In this document: positions 1 to 13,109 of the stretch, in pieces
Layout of the letters: every line of letters begins with the position of its first letter
Numbering within the stretch: the first letter of the stretch is position 1
Notes under the pieces: generated by a model
The model's input: only the letters and a program-made list of their open reading frames with translations
Databases searched by the model: none
Told to the model about the DNA's origin: nothing
Origin: Octopus sinensis
Taxonomy: Eukaryota
Assembly: GCF_006345805.1 (NCBI RefSeq)
Contig: NC_042997.1
Coordinates: 138,818,001 to 138,882,000, forward strand
DNA length: 64,000 nucleotides
Direction of reading: 5' to 3'
Position numbers and translations under genes: made by a program

Positions 1-124
1 CACACACACATTGTAATGCTGATACAAGTCTACAGTTGAATTTTTCAGGTTTCTACGTGTAAAGATTTTGCTTTTGTTTTGTTAATAATTTTAATTTTTG
101 CGAGACATTAGAAAATTTAGGCTT

Positions 125-225
125 TACGTCTCTCTCTCTCTCTTCACACACACACATATAAACGTATATATGTATATATACAGACATGCATATATTATAT
201 ATATTATATACAGACATGCATATAT

Positions 226-278
<53 letters not shown>

Positions 279-293
279 TACAGACATGCATAT

Positions 294-335
<42 letters not shown>
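125..335. repeat. (TA)n microsatellite interrupted by repeated CAGACATGCA
   Basis: Direct inspection. Source of the YIYIYI ORFs. Confidence 0.95.
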
Positions 336-338
<3 letters not shown>

Positions 339-1129
339 AATAAATCTTTGAACGAGGTATAGACAGTAACTGCACGACAATGTGTATATTTGCCATCTCA
401 ATATGGCCAACCACTAAGGGTGGATATTACTATATATATATATATATATATGCGTGTGTTTGTATGTGTGTGTATATACATACATACATACATATATGTG
501 TGTGTGTAAATCAAAAGTAAAACACAACAAACGGAAATCGTCAAAACATAACAAGCAGGGAAAGAACGATAGTACAACAATGGCAAACAGGACAAAATAA
601 GATACACGAATCATTCGCAGCCAATTGCTTCTTCAGTCGGAGTCTGGAATCTCCACGCAGTTTCGCACAATCCTCTCCGATACTACTCAAAACCATTTGG
701 GCCAAGGGCTTAAACTGAATACATTAAGCCCCTGAGCAAGACAAACGAATGTACATATACAAACACAAAAAAAATAACAAGCAGAAAGAGGTTTTCGACT
801 AAGGGACGAACGTAACATAAGAAATAGAATTATACACATACAGTGGACAAAGGCCTTTCGGCCATACAACAAAAGTTAATCGAAATAGAGTCTTTCGACT
901 ATCAGACACTATAGTAAGCTAACGCAAGGAAAAAAGGAAATGGAAAAAATCTTGTGGCGAGACAGAACAAAACTGATGCGACTGACCAAAAAGAACGACA
1001 ATGCATAAACCGGACAGCGATCACATGGTACAGGAGGGGAGGAGTTGAAGAAGGCAGAGGGACTAAGGAATAGGAGAGAAGGGAAAGAAATCAGAGGGAT
1101 CAAATAATGAAAGGAGGGATCATATGTAT

Positions 1130-1790
1130 ACACACACATACATACACACATTCAGATATATATATACACTCTCTTCCCCTCTCCTCTCTTTCTCTCACAC
1201 TTACTTCCTCCCACCCACCTCTCCTCTCTTGCTCCGACACCTACTTCTCTTCACTCCAACCCACCTTCTCCCTTCATCGTCACCCCTCCCTCGTAATCCC
1301 ACTCCTATACAATCAAACTCCACCTTCCTTATCCATCCCATGACACCCACCCCACCCCATCCTTTACACTCACTCCCATATACCCCACCCCTACCCCCAC
1401 TTCTACCCCACCCTCAGCCTAACCCACATCCCACCGTTGCTTTCCCCACTCTCGCCTCCTCTACATCCCAACACCACCACACCACACACACCACACCCCA
1501 CCCACCCCACCACACACCAGCACACCACACACCAGCACACCATACACCACCATACTACACCTCACCACATCACATCACACCACCACACCATACACCACCA
1601 TACTACACCTCACCACATCACATCACACACCCACGCACACACAAACACTGACCACTTCCCAGCCCCACACTATCATCCACACACCTACACATGCACACAC
1701 GCGCACGCACACGTCAAGGTCACCAGCCCTCTTCCACACGCACATAATGCTCTCTTATAGACACGCACGCACACCTTCGTTTTGGGATCC
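1130..1790. repeat. Low-complexity C/T then C/A-rich tract with an internal ~45-bp direct repeat
   Basis: Very G-poor + strand. CACACCATACACCACCATACTACACCTCACCACATCACATCACAC occurs twice (~1535-1630). Confidence 0.85.
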
Positions 1791-1874
1791 ACACTACTTT
1801 ATTATCTCCCATTCTTCCTAGCTCTCCTGTGTGACCCCTCTGTTGGGTATTCACCATGATAGATCGCTAGCTAC

Positions 1875-2040
1875 TACACATTCTTTATTTTCTCTCCTTG
1901 TTTCTTTCTGTGGAAGAGCATACGTTCGAAACGTTAAAGACTTTTTCACTTCCCGAGCGTTAAGCTAATACATCTGTTTGCTGTCTACACCACATGTCTT
2001 CGTCTTTTATTACTTTTTTTTTTGTGAATTCACCCTTTAT
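1875..2040 (+). mobile_element. Short repeat family H3 with hammerhead-like motif, ending at a TA-rich run
   Basis: Homologous to 35660-35812 (GAAGAGCATA.G.TCGAAACGT.AAA.ACTTTTTCA..TTCCCGAGCGT.AA.CTAATACA). Confidence 0.7.
1903..1940 (+). ncRNA. Minimal type-I hammerhead-like fold with variant core CUGUGGA
   Basis: Stem I TCTTT/AAAGA; core CTGTGGA + extra A; stem II GAGC-ATAC-GTTC; GAAA-CGT-T. Position 6 is U instead of the conserved A. Confidence 0.5.
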
Positions 2041-2251
2041 ATATGCACACATATATGTATTTATATAAATGATTGTTTTTATGTTTAGTTATAATAAAAG
2101 CAATTTTACATTAATCTCAAGGGTTACTTCAGATTTTTGTAGGTTACAAATGTATTATTCTTTAACAAAAAATAGTATTGAAAGTGACTTCGAAGTGTCT
2201 ACAAGCTAATCCATCATCGGATTGTGATGCATGTGATGTATGAAGTTAATC

Positions 2252-2392
<141 letters not shown>

Positions 2393-3467
2393 CGCACACC
2401 CACACATAAATTAACAGAATGCGATAAAAATCCAAGGCTGTGAATAATTTTTAGAACGTTTATAAATATATATCTATACATATATACTACACAAACACAC
2501 ACACGAACGCACACACACACACACATATGCACGCACACACACACACACATATGCACGCACACACACACACATATTTTTTCAATTCTACATTTGTATACAA
2601 TACATAAAACAGAAGCAATTCTATCATCTATGTATTTTAATTAGCAATAGCTCTCATGTAGGCAATATTCTTTCCCCTATGATTAGTATTCTGAAACTGT
2701 CTGCTCGGGCCAACATGTGAGCATGGAGCATAGTACTGATCTGGTTGACACATAATCGTTTCAGTACAAATCCAACAAACATGAAGTACTGTACCAGAGA
2801 CTTGCTGTCCTTCATAGGACAACACTTTGTCCGTGGAAACTGCTGGCATTTGAACCGACATGATATATCTAATGACATGAGGAGAATACATGGAATGAAA
2901 ACATCTTTCCATTTGCTACCAGTCATAATAGCAGCTTTGAATACGTGGAGCATAAAAGTTTCGACAACTAGACCTGTTCTGTTACAGAGTTTTGGTGCAG
3001 CGCAATGCGTGTTCCTACTCTCACTTGTCGATTGTGAGGATGGACAGCAATGGACAAGAGACCTGGAAAAAATACATCAGCACCGTTAACTACAACTACA
3101 GTGTGAAGTAATTCATAACATTTTGATTGGATTGGTGCTTGTTGATCAATGAAATTGGGATGCTGAGATATCTATATTAAATACAACACGCATATCAGTA
3201 GAAAGACGAAGTTTTTAATTTCGTCTGAAATTATAGGATTCTTTGAGGCATTCTTTCAGTTCATCAAGCTGACTAGCAAAGTGAAAGTGAAATCACAGGA
3301 GTGCAAGATTAAGTCTCCATATATGAAGTTGATATTACCCTTAAGATATTGTAAAGTATGATCAAGTGCTTCAAATGTTAATCTACAAGACATTGGGTGT
3401 TCGCCTCATTCTTTCAGTCTCGCTTGCCTTAGATGCTTTACAAATATATATATATATTTGTAAAGCA

Positions 3468-3537
<70 letters not shown>

Positions 3538-4852
3538 GCAGTATTAATGACAAAAAGTAGTATTTATCCCCACCTAAAAGTGGATATGTTTTAGGACATA
3601 GGAACATAGGATACAGCGGTAGTTATCATGAGATAACCTCTCATATGGACTTTCCGGTGTATTTAAGCATTCGTTTACATCGATAGAAGGAGATAAATTA
3701 CCCGCCATCGTCACGGCCAAGAATACCAGATCATGTGACTTCGGCCTTTCCTGGCCTTGTCAATGGTAGAGGCTTGACCGCCGGAAATAGCAAGTATTAA
3801 TTTTCATTTCTATCTAGAAATAACAAGAAAACCAAGCCAAACTTTGAACAAAGATAACTTATCGTAAATTACAACAGGAAGCTTGAAAAATATACAAAAA
3901 TTTCACGCGTTACTATGTACGTATACGATAATGATGAAATACAACCAATTCTGTACAACCAAGTCCAGTACTGGACTGGTATTTTATTTCTCGATTACCA
4001 AATGAAATAAATAAATAACAGCAAAGATGATATCGCCGGAATTCGAACTCACTGGAGGAAAAAAAAGAGGAAAATTATTCCAGCCCATGTTGTAACGACT
4101 CTGCCAGTTCACCCACTTTCTAATTTTACGTCAGAATCAACAATGGCATACCGTTTGAAAAATTTTCTCTTCACCTCTCTCAGTTTTCTAACTGACGCTA
4201 CAAATCAAATTCTTGCGGATAATATATAATTCATTGATTGCTTGCATTCAATTAGTTCATATATTTATCTTACTGAATTGCAATTTTTATTTGAATAATG
4301 CCAGGTAGAATTAGGAAATTCTTCAACCATGTGCGCAGCTTATTCGGCCGCGGAAATTGCACTAATTCACCTGTTGAAATCCAGAAAAATAACCCAGCTG
4401 TGGTATATGTTAAGAGTAGAAATACATTCTACCTCCCAGACAAAGATAATTTTCAATATCGTATAAAAAAATAACAAAAGCGATACTTTCGTGATAAGAA
4501 TTCGTTGGGGAATCGGACATAAGTAAGTGGTAAGTATTTTGAGCATATGCTATTTAGACTAAATAACACGAGCGCATAAAATACGTGTGCAAGGTATATT
4601 GGTAATATTACGGAGAAAAATTTTAGCAATACATATAAGAATAACACAGGGTACCAATTTTTAAATTTTATTCTTTTGTCTTTGGTCGGTAAGTGTTATT
4701 TCCTACTTGGTTTTATCTAGAAATAAAAGAAATGACTATTATTCTCCTCAAACTTTGCTTTTGTGACCTGGGTATCAATGTTTTGAAACTGACCTATTTT
4801 CCATTACATTTCAGACAGATTCAGTGATGTGATGCTGAAGCAGAAATATCGT

Positions 4853-5025
4853 TATAGCAAATATTCTGCTCAATACCACAGTTTTGCTTGTCAGTTGCTT
4901 GACCATAACCAATTGAGCGTGTCGCTTACTGGCTGACAATATGTGCATCTCTGGTCATGGGCAGGAGTAGTGAGGGAGCATCATAGCCATGTATCGAGAG
5001 GGATTGTTTGGGGGTTTGAATAAAT
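4853..5025 (+). mobile_element. Diverged internal fragment of the ~545-bp TAA-associated element
   Basis: Aligns by eye to 55205-55375 (GCAAATATTCTGCTCAATACCACAG...GAGCATCATAGCCATGT...GTTTGAATAA). Confidence 0.8.
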
Positions 5026-5606
5026 ATAACAAAAGCTAAGTTTAAAGGAATTATTAGCTGTTTTTCATACTCTCTAGGAGTAAGCAAATAGAAAATAACA
5101 GTTGCTAACCAAGGATAAAAATCGTGTTGCACAGTGTTATAGATACAATGAAATGACAAAAGAAACAGCCATTATTATATAAACGGCTGATAGGGAGAAA
5201 ACATATAGCAGCAGTAAAGAAGCATGCAAATGTGAGATGAGAGGATAAGACTGACGCATTATACGAATTTAGTGTGAACGATAAGAACATTTATAATCCG
5301 TTGATTATTTAGTTTCTTAGAACATGAGTACCAGAATTTCAATTCAAATGTAAAATGTATTTCTCGGCCAAAGAGAAAAGATATTTTCTTTTCCAGTCCT
5401 GAAATAGAGATGGAAATCTGGAAATGATGACAGTGTGAGCAAAACTGCGAAAAATAATAAAACTGCTGCATTTCTGTCTTGAATAATGAATTAGACATGG
5501 TGGAGTTAACGTGAAGTATTTATATTAATTACATTACAACAACCGGACACAAACAAAGACCGCATATTACAGATTCACAACACACGTGCACACACACACG
5601 TGCGCA

Positions 5607-5687
<81 letters not shown>

Positions 5688-5879
5688 ACACATGCACACG
5701 CACACAATAAAACAACAAGAATACCGGGCAGTATTAGATATAAAATTTTCAGATTTTCTATCGAGAAAATTAGGAGAAATAAGTAACTAACCATTGAAGA
5801 AAGATTCATTCGATCGGTACTATAAAGGATTTTCTAGTAACTGTCATCCAGAATTTGTAAGAATATTCCGGAATGAGGT

Positions 5880-6850
5880 ATCGCGTTTACAGTGTCTGAT
5901 GACTGGCGCGCCACCTCTACGCTACCGTCTTTTCGCCTATTAAGATATGGAAAAGTACCAATACCAGGGGCAGGCGAGCTCACAGTACAAAGTATCTGTG
6001 ATTCAACTGAGGGGGATCACTGAGTGAAGGCAGTAGGGCTTGCCCACTAGGGTCAATAGGTGCCGTGGACACTTGAACGTGCATTGGTGACTTGACCAGG
6101 GAAGATTGTTCTTCTTTCTTTGTGCTGTCACTAACCTTTTGCCAACTCCAAGCACCCTTAACATATGGAGTAAAGAACAAGACCCTTCCTACAAGTGCGG
6201 AACAACTATTCCCACCCTGAACCATATTTTTACCGGATGCACTAGGATACTGGGAGAATGCTGATACAAGAAGAAATATGATAAGGCTCTTTCTAGAAAT
6301 TACCTAGTGGACAAATATGCAAAGGATTGAGGTTAATAAACACCAGCCACCACCACCACCACCACCACCACCACCACTACCAAGGAATACCAAATTCCCA
6401 GAAGAAGGTGACAGAGCTCCCAAGGTGAAAGCAATGAAAGGGGACTCAATTTATATTTTGCGTCCAGTTTTAGACTGGGAGGTGCAAGTGGACCTAAGAA
6501 GCAGACTTGTCTTCCTAGAAAGGATAATGATAACATCACTCCGACCAGACATATTCCTGCTATTCCGGAATACAAAAACAATGATCGGGGTTGAATTTGC
6601 AGTACCCTGAGAGAAAAAGGCTGGATACTTCGCACGAGATAAAGAAATCGAAATATCAGGATTTAGTCGACGAAGCCTTTGTCAAGTTTTGGCTTAATTA
6701 TTTCCTGCAGAAGATAGATCGGGATCCTAGACAACTGAAGAAATCCTTCAAGTAAATAGGCACAGCCGCTGAAACTAGCTCAAGTTGCCTATGGTTGAGG
6801 GAGAGAGCAAGTGGAACCTTTCTGTAGTTGAAGATTAACTCAATCCTTCA
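5880..6850 (+). mobile_element. Degenerate 3' portion of an RLE non-LTR retrotransposon, HERO-like
   Basis: Hand translation: KAVGLAH*GQ*VPW, LPTPSTLNIWSKEQDPSYKCGTTIPTLNHIFTGC (decayed zinc knuckle), DWEVQVDL..LVF..I.ITSLRPDIFL...K.MIGVEFAVP*E (RLE motif), KYQDLVDEA, AAETSSSCLWLR. Several stops and a (CCA)n insertion at ~6345-6380. Confidence 0.8.
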
Positions 6851-7718
6851 TGTCCCACATAGGTAAAGCGTATAGACTAAGGGGCGAAACGCTTGTGACC
6901 CTGAGATACCTGCTGACAATACGGAAAAGTTTCCAGGATAGCACTGGAATTAAATCTTGCAAAACCTCTGAGTAGCTCCTGCAGTTTCTGCGTGGGGCAA
7001 AACATCTTTGATGTTTAATTCACCGAATCGCCAGTGATCCCTTTGTAGGATTTTTTGAGGAATCTCAGATTTTGCCGTAAATATTAAAATTTGATTGGAT
7101 TGTAGTGTTTATAATGGGGCTTCATGTTGTTGATGATGCTCTCTAAATATCAGAAACTAGTGGAGCAGTTCAGAGACAAGCTGATGGACTAGCTGCGAAC
7201 CAGTGTGGGCTTCTGAAAGCTGATAAGAATGGGATTCTCATTCTCTAAAGTTACGATTGGTTTAGAATCCACTAGTGGGGTAAATTGTAGAAGAAGCTAT
7301 TATATGATTATATTAGATCAAGAAGGAACATCCATGACTTGTTGTTGATAAGATGCAAACCGTGACTGTCAAATATACATGGATCAACTGGACAAAGTTA
7401 TCTGATGTTGAAAGAACTGAAATCGTCTACGATTTTCAAGAACATCATGTAGGGTGGATTTCAGTACAGTCAAATGATACGTTGAAACGTTGAGGGAATA
7501 TAATTTTTATTCAACTTTAATAAATGTTTACAAATACAAGAGATGAAAGAAAATTGTTCCAGTTATAGAATATAGGAGGTTTAATGCAATAAAACACTTG
7601 ATAGCTATTATATATAAAACTGAATGTGTAAAAGCTGACAGCAATTATAAGAAAAAAGTAGCAATGACATAAAACGATAACAGGTGAATGAACTCTCAAG
7701 TAAATTCAGATGACAATT

Positions 7719-7760
<42 letters not shown>

Positions 7761-8464
7761 TTAATAATAATAATGATAATAATAATAATAACTTAGAGAT
7801 GAAATACGAGAGAAATATTGGAATAAAAGCATTGTTATACTAGTTAAACAGGTATTGATATTATAACAATTAAAATTTTTTTTTAAACTACAGAGTGAAT
7901 TTATGAGAACCTACTTTTAAGTATAAGGAGCGACTTCATATCTCTCAGTTCTTATGAAAATACAACAAAGAATACGTCTTTAATACATAACTCCTATCAA
8001 ATTTATAACAAGGCATCTATTTATAATCCATGAGATATATTCCTGAAATAGAAACGTACTTTATTCCCATTCAGTACCTTGTAATCTTCATATCATAGTG
8101 TTAAAAGCATTTGTTAGCTAAATATAAAATAATATTTTGTTTTAGTCTTTGAAAAATTTCTTTTAATTGAACATGATTCAAACTCTACCTTATTGACAGA
8201 TAGAGCCCAAAGAATAATGACAGCGTGAACAAGGCTGAGAATATAGTACTATTTCTGCCTTGGCACTCGCAATACATATTCATTTGACATGGCGGAAATG
8301 ATGTATAATTTATTATATATTATTTATATGACAATCCCATACACGCACAAATTCCAATCACAATTCTATAAAAATAACAAAAAAAAAAGAAAAAAACGCA
8401 CACACGCAAACATGAAAAACAAGTGGTTTAACAAATCTAAAACATTTATAGGAATTTAAATCTT

Positions 8465-9020
8465 AAATCTCTCTCTATATAAAATTCTTTGTCTGTCTGT
8501 CTGTTTGTTCTCTATGCCTTCTCAAACGGCTCCACCAAATCAAGTCAAACTTTACAAGGTAATAATATTACACCCCGCGAATGTCATCATGTAATTTGTA
8601 TTTTCACTTGGAGTGAAACTATATAACATTTTCCCGAAAATAATCTTTCTATAATCATCTATAGTAACGGACGTTTTATACGACAACGACGAGGACGACG
8701 ACGTCACATTTTGTATATGGGTGTGTATGTATCTGTGAATGTGTGTGTTGGCGGGTTCGTTACGTACGAGATAGTAAAGAACATTTTATATCACGACGAT
8801 GACATCACATCTCTATCATTCTCTCTGCATTCTGTCAACCATTCTGTCTAGCGTTTACCGTTGTAATGATGTCTGGTACCAAAAAAATTATTACAACTAC
8901 TTTCATTGTTTACAATCTTGTATACGGGTGTATTTGTGTACACCAACATATAAGCAAAATGTTATACAGGCTGAAGGGTCAAGCAAAAACCGCTGTACCG
9001 GTGTATTTGTGTATCAGTAA
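8465..9020 (+). mobile_element. Possible non-autonomous Helitron/HINE-like repeat
   Basis: Starts TCTCTATATAAAA followed by (GTCT)n and AAACGGCT..CCAAAT...AAACTTTACA. Similar layout at 40068-40600. No coding support. Confidence 0.35.
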
Positions 9021-11029
9021 ATAACCATGTTGTAACTATTTCTGATAACAACAAAAGAAAAATTATATAATAGCTATTAAGACAAATGAAAAATATACGC
9101 TGGGCTCATCAAATTCTTTTGATTTTCATTTACACGACAATATGTGACGATTACCATCACACAGTATTATGCTCACTGGCCATGATGTTAAACAAAGTTT
9201 GAAATACAAAAGAAAGTAGATGAGAAAAAATTAAAATGACGCTCAAAATTGACAAATTTAAAGTTTATACAATTATAACTGAAAGAACAACAGCGGAGTA
9301 AATATATAATAAAAATAAATGATAACAGAGAACACTTATACCAATGATGAAACATGTAGACTGATACAAGATAGGTATCTATAATAAACATACCCAACAA
9401 CTGTTAAATATATAATCGAATTGTTGTAAAATTCAAACACCTTATGTTATATATAACTAATAGTAATTTAATAATATCTAATTCTGATTATATGCAGCAA
9501 AGCTGGTGATGCATAACAAGCAACTGCTCTTAAATATAACGAGTAAACTTATAAACATTTAAGGTCATTGCATTTGTGGTATAAATTCACAATAACTTTT
9601 GATAATGTTATATCCTAGTTGTAGTTTTTTTGATATTTACCCAATGAAAAGTGACAATGTTAAATAGAAAACTAAAACATAAGCTCTATTATACAAATAA
9701 TGAAGACAGATATACTACTTAATAAGTCTGGTACCTTTGTGTAAACAGCACTGAAACAATATCATACTAGTGCTAATATAACTATGTACAGTAGTATCAG
9801 TACATGTTCACCTATTGTATTACAAGTAACAAACTGTTAAAACGGGGTATACAGTTTTATGAAGTGGTGAGTATGAAGAACCATCTTAAAGTTATCAAGA
9901 TATCGCTTCATCGGAGATACATAAAATGGCCACTAGCGTTGCAGGATCAATAGAGAACTGTACGTTGGAGGAACGATATAGAGACAAAATCTCTTATATA
10001 ACAACATTCCTAACATCTAAATAGGAAGATCTCATTGAGTAGTGTAATCTGGCGTCCAATGAAGGGCTTCGTGTGGCTGGAATGCCTTTAATTATAGGCA
10101 GGTCTACATGGGATAAGGATTGATTTCGGGATTATACAACGCCAACACTCAAGTAGTATGACTAACACACTAAATCCCCATCTTCCACAACTCGTAGTAT
10201 CACTAACATCACTAACGTCCCTACTAAACCACAAACAGACCTCCCCCATTATACTATCAACATTACCACCATTACTAACAGTACCGCTTGATGTTGTACC
10301 TGTTTGGTAGGGATCAGTTCTATCACATGTTGGCAGACCATGATCAAAGCTGTTCCACTCTCATTTATCCCGACATTACATGTCTGCCTGGCAGCATAAG
10401 TTTTCAATGCTTGGACAAAGTACAACTTCTTATATCTAAATTAACAGAGGAACACGCTGTAACACCTTGCTCCTCTCAAATATAAAGAAGAGTATGCATA
10501 ACACCAAGTACCTATTGAACATCACAAGGAATAGACCAATTATATAACATAACACTCCTGTACCATCTAGCTCAGCTAGAAGCAATATTACGAATACCAA
10601 CAGCCAGTAATTGCATATAATAAAATTGAGAAAATAACATCCGACTCCTGAAAACAATGACTTGGAGGTAACTTCCAACGGTGACCACTTGTTAAAAAAC
10701 AAAATTGAGAAAATAGTTTGACCAACAACCCAGCAGTTGGAAAATATAGCACCAGGCACCTGTAAACATTACCTTAGGGACAACTTTTAACAAAGAGCAA
10801 TTGTCAACAACAGCATGTAATGTTCTTGTAATAGCCAGCTGCTGTTAACTAAAGTGTGGAACAGTATTTCGGACACCATCACCCATCAGCTGCTAACAAT
10901 AACATATGAGGAATTTAACAATTAACACATTAAGAGTTCTTCTAGTAATCAGCTTTTGTTTATGATAACACTGAACAAGCACCCAGCACTTAGTAACACG
11001 AAATGGAGAATACATCAACAGAACACAAT

Positions 11030-11180
11030 GAACATTATTTACATTATTTAAATTTGACGGATATTTGTTCTCATCTTGTTTATTGTTAACACAACGTTTC
11101 GGCTGATATACTCTCCAGCCTTCATCAGGTGTCTCGGGGAAATTTCGAAACTGGGTTCTCAATCCTAAGGTATTTTTCGA

Positions 11181-11181
<1 letters not shown>
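11030..11181 (-). mobile_element. Family H1, 3' module carrying a hammerhead
   Basis: Reverse-complement homolog of 11868-12010 and 57140-57280. Confidence 0.85.
11088..11133 (-). ncRNA. Minimal type-I hammerhead ribozyme with intact core
   Basis: Minus strand GACAC-CTGATGA-A-GGCTG(GAGAGTATAT)CAGCC-GAAA-CGT-T-GTGTT: stem I 5 bp, stem II 5 bp, palindromic ACGU in place of stem III, GUU cleavage triplet. Confidence 0.8.
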
Positions 11182-11229
<48 letters not shown>

Positions 11230-11252
11230 GTTATTGTTGTTGTTGTTGTTGA

Positions 11253-11299
<47 letters not shown>

Positions 11300-11325
11300 T
11301 TGTTGTTATTGTTGTTGTTGTTGCC
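11182..11325. repeat. Compound in-phase triplet repeat (ATT)n-(GTT)n-(GCT)n-(GTT)n
   Basis: Direct inspection. Confidence 0.95.
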
Positions 11326-11651
11326 TTTGCACAGCTTCTAATGCTGGACATGTACTACATTGTCAGCTGCTCACTACCAGGGAACTAAGGTAACACCTCT
11401 TATTTTTCGAGCACCTTCCGGAGTATTTGAGCGGTTCCAAGCAGTGCTGTTTTCTCCAAGTACTCCACCTTTATTGCAGCCCCTATTTGTTCCACGTACT
11501 TCTCGAGAATTTTGCTCACTGTTCCTAGAGCACCAACAATTATTGGTACTACTGCTACCTTTTTCATCGACCACAACTGCTTAACCTCCCAAGCTAACCT
11601 GTCATATATCTCGACTTTTCTTTCTTCCTTATCGCATATTATTATATGCGA

Positions 11652-11696
<45 letters not shown>

Positions 11697-11697
11697 C

Positions 11698-11735
11698 TAT
11701 AACCCCAAGATTCCGAGTTCGATTCCAGGCAGTGA

Positions 11736-11770
<35 letters not shown>

Positions 11771-11830
11771 TAATAATAATATAATAATAATAATAATAAT
11801 AATAATATAATAATAATAATAATAATAATA

Positions 11831-11868
<38 letters not shown>

Positions 11869-12026
11869 TCGAAAAATACCTTAGGAATCGAAATTTCCCC
11901 AAGACACCTGATGAAGGCTGGAGGGTATATCAGCCGAAACGTTGTGCTAACAACAAGCATGATGAGGACAAATACCCGTCAAATGTAAATAATGTACATA
12001 ATTCCTCATCTCTTAAATATAGAACT
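11698..12026 (+). mobile_element. Family H1: 5'-truncated tRNA-derived head, (AAT)n linker and hammerhead module
   Basis: B-box GAGTTCGATTCC at ~11715, long (AAT)n, then CGAAAAATACCTTAGGAAT...hammerhead...TTAAATATAGAACTG. Same layout as 57119-57414. Confidence 0.85.
11903..11947 (+). ncRNA. Minimal type-I hammerhead ribozyme with intact core and one stem I mismatch
   Basis: GACAC-CTGATGA-A-GGCTG(GAGGGTATAT)CAGCC-GAAA-CGT-T-GTGC. Confidence 0.75.
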
Positions 12027-13109
12027 GGAGAACAAAATGAATACACAAATTCATATCAACTTAATATAACAGAATGTTTTATTACCAATCACATCGTGTA
12101 TATTATTCATCTAACTCTATCGGTAGCTAACAAATTGTCGGTATATAATGAATACATATATAAGCAATTGGTTTGTGCTCTAAAAGAACTTCACTGATAA
12201 TACAGTTCCACAAATTGCTTTTACATTAATATGGAGGCTGTATATAACAGCTCTATTGTACTGAAGATCAGATGTACAAAACTTACATCTATTCTTGGTT
12301 TATATACCGTATATATAACATCGGCCTTTTGCTAAAATTAACTTAGCTACAACGAAACATTGCTACTGTTATCAATAACATCAAGACTACAAATAATACA
12401 ACCTGCTGTTGCTCACAATAACATGGACATTCCAATTCTAATACTCAACACTTATTAGCAACAACATGAAAACTACTCACGCTCAGCATTGTTCACAATG
12501 ACATTGAGAATATAGTAACAATATCGCCCAGCTACTCTTGTCAATGGTGAAGACAATATTACTTACACCGCCCAGTTGTATGTGATAATGACATGGAGAC
12601 AACAAACACTCAGCTTCCGCAGTGATTATGCAGAACTGCCAATGTCTCTGAATAATAACATTGACTCATTTCATAAACAGCTAGCGTCAGATAAATATAA
12701 CATGGTGATCTGTCATAAACGATGATCTTTTCTAAAATATTATTTCATAGCATTTTCAACACCGATCTACTCCAGGATGCGGTCACTATATGAACCAGCT
12801 GCTAAGGAATATCTTGGAACTGTTTTGAAATATCTCATGCCTCTTAATGACAAAATTTACATATTTGAAGAACCAGAATTGGGCTACCAACATCATGATG
12901 ACATTTTATGAAACCAGCTTCCATCTACAACGACAGAAACAATATATAACTACCATGTGTAAGAAAAAACATTTCTACTGCTACTCTATTATATCCAGCT
13001 CATTCTCCAACTAACATCAACACGCTGGGTCAGCGATCTTAACCTCAATATCGCACTTGAGTTAATAGCAACTACGTCTTCATATTAATATACAGTAAAG
13101 ATACTAGCA

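Noticed and set aside
600-910. Hammerhead-like pieces (CTGAAGAAGC on minus at ~625; GGCCGAAAGGCC at ~862)
   Set aside because: Core elements are incomplete or not adjacent, and no stem I pairing was found.
1124-1760. Pro/His/Thr-rich ORFs as extensin- or mucin-like proteins
   Set aside because: Derived from a C/A low-complexity tract, open in several frames, with no splice or signal evidence.
7290-7460. Possible mariner relic (ILDQEG...IYMDQLDKV)
   Set aside because: Too degenerate; no catalytic motifs or TIR nearby.
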